From assembly GCA_028023455.1 (NCBI GenBank), contig JAQFVV010000008.1, positions 17,732,001 through 17,796,000 on the forward strand: 64,000 nt of DNA. Reading direction: 5' to 3'. Each line of letters opens with the position of its first letter. Position 1 is the first letter of the stretch. The translations under genes and the position numbers were made by a program. The notes under the pieces were generated by a model that was not told the DNA's origin, searched no databases, and worked only from the letters and a program-made list of their open reading frames with translations. Positions 54,055-64,000 of this stretch are shown one piece after another. Origin of the DNA: Epiperipatus broadwayi. Its lineage: Eukaryota > Animalia > Onychophora.

Positions 54055-55833
54055 TGTGATGATCGTACATACTGCGATCACACATATATATTTAATATTA
54101 AACAATATTAAATATTGTAGTTTTCTTTTCGAAATAGAAAAAAAAAAACAAATAAAATAATTAAACTAATGAAGAAAGAAAATGTTGTAATTAATTACCG
54201 TAATGCAATAAAAGAGAGGGAAATGGAATCGAACAAGATTCTTATCTTTTACCCTCCAAAGTTGATATTTTGAAAAATATAAGAAGTATTGAAATCGTAT
54301 ATATGGTTTAAAATCAAAAGTTAGAAAGGAAATATAAATGAAATAGGAACGTAAAAAATGATTTATAAAAAAAAAAAGAAAGTAAAAATTGAGGAGTTTA
54401 AATAAGATTAGAAATAGAATTTAAAATGTGACAAAAGATAAAGATCTATTCCAAAAAGCACACATTTTGACGAAAACAAAATGCGTGTGTGAAAGTATGT
54501 ATAAAGAGAGCAATGTTTAATGCATGTCAAATGAAAATAATTTTATTAAAAAAAAAAAAGAAAATAAATAATAAATAAATGTAAAATATTGCTACGAAAT
54601 TGTATGAAAAAAGTAAATTTGTATAAGTTGTTGAAGGTGTCTTAAAGTGAAAGGTGTGAAAGGAAAGCTACAAACAAAAAGATCAAGATAATGAAAGAAT
54701 TTGGAAAAAGACATTAATGAATTAATTGTACAGATGAGTTCACGTAGAGACTTCAGTGAGGACACTGCTCTGATAAGAAGCAGATTAGATATAGTAGAAA
54801 GCAGACATGAAAATTTAAATTTGCAAAGAAAAACCAGAAAGCTGAGTAAAGGGACCTCGACATAGAAGACTGAACACTGTATGAATGCAAAAATAATCTA
54901 CAACATAAGTGAAGCTCCAAGGATGTGTGACTAAGGGCTATCACGATCGCTGGCCGATTCAGATTCACCATGCTCATACAGTCACCTCACCATGTAACAA
55001 CTGCCATTGTAGCGCCTGCCATGCCCTTGATGTCCTACTACTACGGATATAAGAAGAAATTCCACAAACCAAGTCCAAACCTAAGAGCGGCCGTCTCTGC
55101 TAAAGAAGTGGAGGAATTCCACATGACAGTCAGCAGGACCTTAAGTCACGTCGGAGACGAAGAAAAACCTAGGTAAATTACATAACACACCTTTATAGAA
55201 CACGTGCACATACTTTTGATTTAAAGCAATTCCAAATATAATTGAGATAGACAGTAATTAGACTCTTTCTAATACTTGGAATGACGACTGTAAATGGATA
55301 ATTTATTTTCATAGATTATAATCATTTATAGGATTCAACCCATACACTTAATCGTAGCATTATATCAAAAGGATTTTTTTTTTATTATTGTATGTAAATA
55401 TTTCAATTGATTTCTTTTTTGTTATTTATTATATTAAATGTTCCTTAATTATTTTGTCTGTTTTGTCTCGTTTCTTCGCCATTCTAAATAGTTAATATAT
55501 CTGGAGGGGTTTGGGTTATAATTATTACTCCATTTTGAGTACTAAGTAACATGTGAGGCTAGTGGTACGGCATTTCTGATCCCATTAAATTTATAATTTA
55601 TCCGAGCGCTGTAATTCTTTAATAATTACAGCAGCCGAGAGACGTTTGACTGGGAAAGATAACCTGGGGCAATATCCGTATGGTCATAGGTTCGGTCAAG
55701 TATGGATATAGATTCGTTTATGTCCATATGTTCTCTTTGCTTGCGGTAATGGAGGGTGGATGATTGAATTTAAGAATCCGTATTATATATAAATAAAAAG
55801 GAATGTCTTTCAATCGAATTCATTTCCATTACA
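54055..55833 (+). mobile_element. Solo LTR of a diverged family A subfamily (1779 bp), TSD ATAT
   Basis: TGTGATGATCG...ATTACA, colinear with the family A LTRs, with ATAT at 54051-54054 and 55834-55837. Confidence 0.92.
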
Positions 55834-56429
55834 ATATATTATTTTGGTATCAGTAATACAATATAGTAGTAGTATTTATATTGTTATCACTGATTTTTGA
55901 TTTTATAAAAGGGCATATCATATATTTTTTTTTTCATTTTACAGTAAAGTCTAACAAGAAATTAATGACAATTTTATAAATCAGTGAGAAGAAATTCTTC
56001 TGAGCTTAAAATATTGATTCCTGATTAACTGAAGAATTGGGGTCCATAATTTCTAAATTGTTTAATGTTTCAAGATTATTTTCAAAATTTTATTATTAAA
56101 AATATTAGGACAAAATTTGCTAGAACTAACTAACGATTGAACATAACTTATTAAAAAAAATCTATGTACATTTTCATAGATTATAAGCAAAAGATAGCTA
56201 CAGAAGTCAGTACATCTTTAAAAATGACACTATCTATCTAAACCATGGTATGAGCTTGACACATTTAGAACTTTTATGTTCATCCTGCTTTTTATTTGTT
56301 ACTGGTTTATAATGTAAATAATATGACAAGGAAACTGATGTCAAGGATAAAAATTAGGCAGTAGATGACCGAAAAATATATTGTGTATATAAAAAAAAAG
56401 TCCTTTTTTTTTTCAAGATTCAAGCATTA

Positions 56430-56760
56430 TGTTTGATGATTGGCAAAAGAAGCCTGTCAATCAGACTGCTTTCTCAAATAATGTTGAACTCTTATGATTT
56501 AGATAACCTTATTAAGATATTACCTTAGTCCAATCTTCATAGATGCACCACATCTCCAGAATATTGGAACATTTTTGGGTGCTAACTTCATCATATGCTA
56601 CATATATTGTTTTTAATCAACATTGGTTTGAGAAACATGAAGATGAAGTTAACATTCTCCATGGACTATACAATTACCTGATCTAAATATTTTAAAACTA
56701 TGTGGTTCATTCTAGAACATTGAGAGGTCAAGATTCTTTAGCACAACATTGTTCAAAATG
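56430..56760 (+). mobile_element. Tc1/mariner transposase C-terminal relic
   Basis: Broken frames give DAPH, WFEKHEDEVNIL and QLPDLNI (about 56670-56690), matching the Tc1 DNAPxH...WPxQSPDLNxIE pattern. Confidence 0.65.
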
Positions 56761-58889
56761 TTTTTTTTTTCATAATAAATGGTTTTTTAACATATCTTTT
56801 TGCTTTGTTGAAATATTATATAATTTTTTTTCACATAGTTTACAAGAAAATGGTCTTACATTATATTCTTAAAGATAATGTATTACAAATATTTTTTTTT
56901 TTTACATATGTGTATTGTATTATTCTGAAATAATCTTTTTAATCATTACTTTATATATTTTTATCTCCACTTGTCTTTTGACAAATGAAAATACATACAT
57001 GCATATAATTAAATAAGATTTAATATGTAAACATTAAATTAAACATAGTTGAATGTAATATACATACAAATAAAGGTAAATATAAAATTTGATAACTCAA
57101 CTATAGATGTAAATAATGTGAAAGATATTGAAAATCTTCAAGATATAAATAAACAGTTAGTTTATATATGGCTTGCAGGAGTTTTCACTAGTTTCTGCTT
57201 TAAATGCATAAATAAAGGTTTTAAATTATCCTCCCTCATTCTAAATCTGGATTCTTTAGTCATTATTTAGAGTGCTTTTAATTCATAGCCTGAGAGAGAG
57301 AGAGATGTACTAATGGATATATATTGGATCAGTTGCAAAGCAAGATACATAATTGATTGTAGAAGTAGTTAAGTGCTGCTTATCTTTGAGTAACAATTTT
57401 AATAAAAATGATATTAAAAAAAAAAGAATAGTCAAAATAAGTTAAAAACAAGGGGAAAATAATATTTTTGAGTCTTAAGATTAAAGATCAAGGTTCAAAG
57501 GTCACTTATTCAAACTTTGAAATAAAATATGATTTTAAAAAAAAAAGATTTAATTCTACTTTTGTTAAATGTCAAATTTATAAAAGGGATTTTTATATTG
57601 GAGGGATATTCTTATTGAAATTAATAAAATCAGTTTAATCTAGACTGACTAGAAAGGTAATGGAATACAATTTATTTTTAATCAATATTGGTTTAAATAA
57701 AGTGTGATCTTAAAATTTTTATTGAAAACTAGAATTTTTGTCAGCATCTCTAGTCTGTCTTTTGTTTTACAATCATCATTAGCATCTTGTAAAAATTTTT
57801 AGTTGATTTTTATTTGCGCCAAGTTATGAATAAATATAAATATTTTAAAATGAATATTATGGTCCACAGTAAAATTTCTGTGGGTGTATCATCTATCCTG
57901 GATCAATGTAGCCTGGATTAATTATCTATTTTTCAGCCTGATATGTGATCAAACTTGAACTGCCATTTCTGAGTTCTTCTAAACCTACAATAAAAATTTA
58001 TGTTTGCATAGGTGATCGTTAACTGAAAGTTCTCTCTTACAGTTTTTGTTTTTGGAGAGGTGAAGAAATATAATTTAAAGAAATATGATCTGAATAAATT
58101 AAAACTTGATGCAACCAAAGAGTTAAAAAAATAATGTTTCTACATTCTTGAGGATAGATTTTCAGCATCTTAATTACTGAAATAGACTCCATAATGAAAA
58201 GCAATCAAAGAAAAAAATGTTAAGCTTAACATAAAAGGGATTTTAAACTGGAAACATTGATAAAACTTTAGTATTTAAAAGATTGATCACTTGAAGTATG
58301 GTGATGTTTAAATTCTTATTATTTTATAATATAATGATGTTTTAAATATTTTATATGCTTTGTTGTATAATAAGTTTTTTTTTTTGTTAATTATTAATCT
58401 GATCTTCTGTTTCTCTTATAAGTTTTACCATTTAAATTATAAATTAAATGTATAATAACGAGGAAGATAAGAGTTCATATTCTACTGAATTAGTTGTAGT
58501 AGTGTGAGATATCCTCCTATGGATTTCCTAGTTTGGGATGGCATGATGGTTTTAATCTAACATAAATTTGTAATCCCTAGAGGATCTAATTTCGCTTCAG
58601 TCATTTAGGAATAATTAGGTCTGGAAAGTTGACATAGTTTGCAATATTTTTATTATTATAGCCATGTTTGACCATTAGTATGATTTATTATTGAATTAAA
58701 TATGTTACTATCTTGTTTCATTTCTGTTATTGGAGTTGAGTGTGAAATCTCAAAGATTATTATAATTTGTGTTAAATTAACTTTGATGATCCCTTTTAAC
58801 AAATGGCATGACCATTATAATATATATATATTTACACACACACACACTTGCACATATATATATATGTTGGATTTTTTTTTTTTTTGCAG

Positions 58890-59272
58890 GTTTTCTAGTG
58901 GCATTAGTTTTATTTTTGTTGTCAACTTTGCAACTTCTGAAAACATATATGTGGTTGATATCAGTAGGAGTAATTATTATGTCAATTTGGAGCAACAATA
59001 AATTGGTGTTATTTTATAATCAGATGAATGAAGATCCTTTAACAGACATTTCAAGCCATAGTTTTACTAATTATACAAGCTATTTTATTAAAAATGGAGT
59101 TTTTCAACTTATTTCTGCTTTCCTATTCACTACAACACACTGTGGGTCTTTTATACCAAAATATCTTATTTATACTTCATTTATATCTCCTGTCTTTGAT
59201 ATTCACTTTCCACTACACAAGGAATTTTCACATTATTTACCTCTTTTAGCTGCTGTTTTACCATTTCTTCAA
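58890..59272 (+). CDS. RNF139: TRC8/RNF139-like E3 ligase, coding exon 2 (TRC8_N transmembrane region); gene continues beyond the window
   Basis: AG|GT TTT CTA GTG continues the split Gly codon: (G)FLVALVLFLLSTLQLLKTYMWL...AVLPFLQ. It ends at a GTAAGT donor (59273, phase 0). Assignment to TRC8 rather than a second RNF145 rests on the N-terminal part only. Confidence 0.8.
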
Positions 59273-60814
59273 GTAAGTTATACATGGCATATTTTTTTCT
59301 ATCATATATGCGTTATGCATTGTCATTTATTTTTCCCCTATAGTATGCAAATGAATAAATAAAAAAAATAATTAGAAATTTTTTATTTAATAAATATATT
59401 TAAATTTTGAGTGAATGTAGAATGCGTGAATGATTTATTTAATAAAATTAAAATTAAATATTTTTTTATGTCATACCGAATAATAACAATGGACTTTATT
59501 ACGTTTGAAAGAAAGAAAAATTTCATGCTTCAAGAACTAATGTTTAAAAGACTGCATTATTGTTGTTACTATGTAATGAAAAAAACTCAGCAAAAAGAAC
59601 ATATACTTCCTTTTTTGTAAAATTTTTTATTTTATTTTACTACTTTGATTAACAGTCTGTGGATTTGTGTAAAAAATTATAATGTACTGTGAGTAGATAT
59701 GTGAGAGAGAGAGAACATCAATTTTCCTCAGTCAACATCTACATGAATAAATAAAATTGATAACAAATGGATGATGATTGTTCAAAGTCACCCAATCATT
59801 GGATTTGCCATGGATCACAATATTTATAAAGGGAATAGTTGGATATCATCTAATAATACAATGCTTATTGAACACTACATTTTTATTTGTTGTTGTGGGA
59901 ATGTTAATGAATACACTGTGGGAAAACAAAACCATAATCTGATTGTTACATGTTGAACTTGACAATGAACAATAATAAATAAATCTCTAAAATTATCTAA
60001 TCAAATAACTTTTACTTATTTTTAATAATCAAAGAAATAACAATTATACACCGATGGATATCTATCTAATTTTTCTTTCTTTAATAATTTAAATTATTAA
60101 TGTGGTCTGTTTATTATTCGATATATATATATATATCTAACTAATGAATCAATTAAATAAGACTTAAGTTGATTATTGATTTAAATTTTAGAAAACAAAT
60201 CAAAATGAAAATATAGTTAATGTTTAATATTTAGTTTAATCATTATTATGAAAGCATTACTTGTTTTTAAAAATAGCAGATATTTAAAAAAATATATAAT
60301 TTTTTTTTAATTTTATGTGAAAGATTATGTATTTAATCCTTTTGTGAATATGCATGTTAATAATCTTTAGATGTAAATCATATATAGCAATTGCAATCTG
60401 GCAAAGGATAGATTATAAGTGTACAATAAATTACATTAGATTGCAATTATTAAACTTAAAGTTATGTTATTTATTTTAATCAATTCAATGAGTTGATGTT
60501 TATTTGAATAAACTTATGTTTTATTATTAATCTAGGCATCATTTAATTTACCTATTATGCCAATTATTCTATTTCACAAATTATTTTATTTCTAAAATAT
60601 TTAGTCATATATTCCATACTATACACTCATTAGAAAATAAATCATTTATTTATTGAATTTTTTTTTATTGCCAAACAAACTACTTATCCACACTTAGACT
60701 CATTGGCACCTTTATAAATTCATAAGTCTATTATAACATAAGTTTAAATTATTATAAATCCATTTGTGGATAATTCATCTGTCTATCATTTACATTGATG
60801 GCTGACCAAGTGCA

Positions 60815-60990
60815 GTATTTTATCCACTACACTTTTGGCTTGCCCAAATATGTAGGGTATTTTGGGGGAAACTATTTTGTTCATAATTATTATCCATTAC
60901 ATTTTTGGTCAAGCAAATTTGTGGAGCATTTGTAGGTCAGGCAGCTTTTTAGCCAGCTATTATCCATTAAATTTTTGGCATGCAAAGTGG
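60815..60990. repeat. Degenerate 70-bp-period repeat with a TTATCCAY core
   Basis: Cores lie exactly at 60820, 60890 and 60960, each followed by TTTTGG. Confidence 0.6.
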
Positions 60991-61871
60991 GGTTTTAGTA
61001 TTTATTCATGACACATGAGAGATTTAGAGATGCAAAATGGTAAATAGATAGGGGTAAAATATTATTTGCTTAATGATTACAATCAATTTAAGTTATTTTT
61101 GTGTATGTTAGTGTTGAATTAAAATAATTAATGACTCAATAGATAATAATAATTTTAATTTTGTAGCTATGCTTTGTTGAGGGTTCAAATTTAGAGTTCG
61201 TCATCAAATTATTTGATACAACAATACATGAATTGATAGGCAACAGAGCTATAAAATACTTATAAGGCAAAGTGCCAGATGATAATGCCTGGACTTGCCA
61301 GATGATAATGAAAGTGAAGATTTATGCTTATGCCTCTGAAAGCACCAAATATGTGGTATATGTTAATAAGATGCCATATGAATATGAGCTTATCACTAAT
61401 AAATGTTATTAAAATTTCTTTATGCAGCAATTATAAAATAAATGGTAAGATGTATTTGAAGCCAACTTATTTTATTGAATTTCTTTGTCTCCTAGTTACT
61501 TTGGAAAATGGATGAAAAACATTGATGCTTGCTGTTTGGGTTTATTGATGATAGCATAATACAAATTCTTTTGAGCATAGTCATGAAATTTACACTATAT
61601 TACACATGATATAAGTTGAAAAAAAACATACATTAGTTTGAAATAAAGATATTGTGAACAGGTCAATCAATTACTATTAAGAAATGATACTATTGTGGTA
61701 ATTGTTAGGAGGGTCTTTTGTATAAATTGAAATGCATATGAGTAGAAGTTTAATTGTTATAAATCAACATATAAAGCATAGTAGAGAGAAATAAGTTATT
61801 CATTTCATTTAGTCTAGGATATTGAATTGAGAAGGAAATTTATGTCCTTTCTAAAATAAAAATAAACTACA

Positions 61872-62470
61872 GAAAGTGAGAAAAAATTAGATATGTTAGG
61901 ACAGGGAAGAGAAGTTAGTGAAGTGTCTGTCACATCAAAAAATGATCAAAATGAATCTATAATAGTAATGTTGCAGAGCTTGATGAATGAAATGAAACAA
62001 AACAAAGAAAGTCTTGAGAGATCTAATGAATAAGATCAGTGAGAACCAAGAAAAGTGTGAACAGAGTCAGAGAATATTTAAATAAGAATTGAAACAAAGT
62101 GAAGAAATCTTAATACTGAAGATAGAAGATGGTCAGTATGTATTACAAAATAGATTAAAGCAAGAGATCAAGCATATATGTACATAATTAGTTCATAAGA
62201 TAAAATTGGGACAAGAGCAAATACATGGCTTGAAAGTTAAGTTTAATGAATTAGAGAGTAAGATAGGAGAAGTTCAAGGCCAAATGCAAACCAAAATCAA
62301 TAAACTAAAAGATAGTATAAGAAAGAGACAAGATTGGATCAAAGAGATAAAAACTAAGGCAGGAAAATGCAGATTAGAATGCCATAGTAAGGATAGTGAG
62401 ATAGAGAAAGTACAGAGTAAACAAGAACAAGAAATAAAAAGTTTAGAAACTCAAATGGAGCATAATCACA
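61872..62470 (+). pseudogene. Decayed long coiled-coil ORF, probably the N-terminus of a retroelement gag/ORF1
   Basis: About 200 codons of E/K/Q-rich heptad sequence with one frameshift and in-frame stops, of the same character as 47315-47716. No splice signals link it to the host gene. Confidence 0.5.
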
Positions 62471-62679
62471 CTGTTTTTTTTTGAAAGGGGATTTCATCAC
62501 AAGCTTAGATAGTAATGATAGATGTAAAATGTTATCCTTAGAAATAAAGCCTTTAAAATCTAAATAGTTTTATTACCATAAGATACATAATTTTAAATAT
62601 AGGTACCTTGATGGAGAACAAAAATTTTTCTCAATCACAAAATAAGGCCAGTGTTGGATTTATGAGAATAGTAATTTAG

Positions 62680-62802
62680 AAAATATAACTTATTGTAAGG
62701 CTACAATCAAATGTGTGAATCATTAGGGATATAATAGTAAAAAATATAGCTTATTGCAAGGCTACAATCAAATGTGTGAATCATTATGAATATAATAGTA
62801 AA
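62680..62802. repeat. Tandem duplication, 2 x 61 bp
   Basis: ctacaatcaaatgtgtgaatcatta occurs at 62701 and 62762. Confidence 0.9.
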
Positions 62803-63099
62803 TATTCAATTTATAGTAGTGACTGTACTCCTAATTTTGTTTGGTACAAGGATTCTATATTTATTATAAATAAGAGTTGATTTTATTAGTCAAAATTTAT
62901 GCAACCTGTATAATGTTATAGATTTATTTCACAAATATCCAGTTAGAATGAAAACAAAAAAAAGAGGATACATAATTGTACAAAGTCATTAACTATATTA
63001 ATGTGGTTGTATTGTTTTAGTTAATCATAAATTATTGATGGAAGGTTTGGTTGGTAGTGGTGACTAAATGTTATTGTTTAGAATTATTTTCTTTATTTG

Positions 63100-63214
63100 C
63101 TTTGATATTTACTTTCTACTTCACAAGGAATTTTTACATTATTTACCTGTTTTAGCTACTGTATATCATTTCTTCAAGTAAGTTATTCATGATATATTTT
63201 TTTCTATCATATAT
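63100..63214 (+). pseudogene. Degenerate duplicate of the 3' end of TRC8-like exon 2 with its donor site and intron flank
   Basis: About 90% identical by eye to 59194-59309, with a 1-nt deletion. CAA|GTAAGT is retained at 63178. Confidence 0.9.
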
Positions 63215-64000
63215 ATATATAGATTAATCAAAATGATTCATTGTATAAGAAAACTAATCTTTCAATATTTTTCATGCTGTTTTTAAAACTTTGTAGCTTT
63301 GTTTGATAATACTTTTTGGCAAATCAAGTGCATCAATAATGTAATGTTGAAGGCAATTGAATAAAGGCATAATCTTAAATTATTACTATTATATTCCTTA
63401 CATTTTTTCTTAGATTTATTTGCATTATTTGTGAAAAAAAGAAGTCAAATTTATGTATTTGTTTATCATAATGAGAGTATAAAATTATTAAGGGATATAA
63501 CAATTTATATAATTGAAAAGATGCAATTTCTCTTGCCAGAACCAAAAGTTTTTGCAATAGTTGTATTATTAAAATTGCACTTACAATATCAGGTATATAG
63601 TGGTTTTTGCATAAGGCAGCAAAAAACAAACAAAATACTAATGAAATTAGTAAACTGGAATTTGTTCAGAATTGAATGTGTGTATTTGATATTAAATTAT
63701 CACATATCACATTAAATATATCAAAAATGATTAATTTTAAAAAATACACTAATATGCAATTAAAAATCAGTTAATAATTTTAATTTAATTTGCCCTTATT
63801 TAAATATATTTTTCTTATTAATGCACATCTTATATTACAGTTAGCACTGATGATTTAAATAGATGTCAATAAATGCTACTAGTTAACAATACTTTTACAA
63901 TTTCATTTCTTTGGTTTTTTTAATATTGCAACAAAAAAGATGACAAATATATTTATTTTACATTTCAAATAGTATTGTACTGATACAAAAGATACTGAAT

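Larger units (their letters stand above)
35303..58889 (+). other. Intron 1 of the TRC8-like gene (23,587 bp)
   Basis: GTATGT donor and a T15-GCAG acceptor at 58871-58889, phase-compatible. Confidence 0.8.

Noticed and set aside
58702-59362. ORF-track proteins of 184, 99 and 73 aa
   Set aside because: Only 58890-59272 is exonic. The rest is read-through of intronic microsatellite and poly-T, or other frames.
60684-60773. Two perfect DnaA boxes
   Set aside because: The context is a eukaryotic intron with no bacterial features, so a replication-origin reading is unsupported.

Overview
Very AT-rich (roughly 25% GC by eye), CpG-depleted eukaryotic DNA, probably from an invertebrate animal; the species cannot be identified from sequence alone. 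Two paralogous ER-membrane RING E3 ligase genes sit head to head, with start codons 474 bp apart. The RNF145-like gene on the minus strand is complete (exons 34644-34464 and 4152-2402, 643 aa, 30.3 kb intron). The TRC8/RNF139-like gene on the plus strand has exons 35119-35302 and 58890-59272 and continues past the window. The large first introns hold three LTR-element lineages (TSDs, PBSs, a gag-only element, solo LTRs), LINE, Tc1 and tRNA-like relics, at least eight fold-back palindromes, tandem repeats, and a duplicated exon end that could act as a poison exon. The most notable observations are the divergent RNF145/TRC8 pair and a 28-bp TG...CA inverted cassette at the U3 end of otherwise dissimilar LTR families. 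Percent identities and motif counts are by-eye estimates, and protein comparisons are from recall, not database searches.
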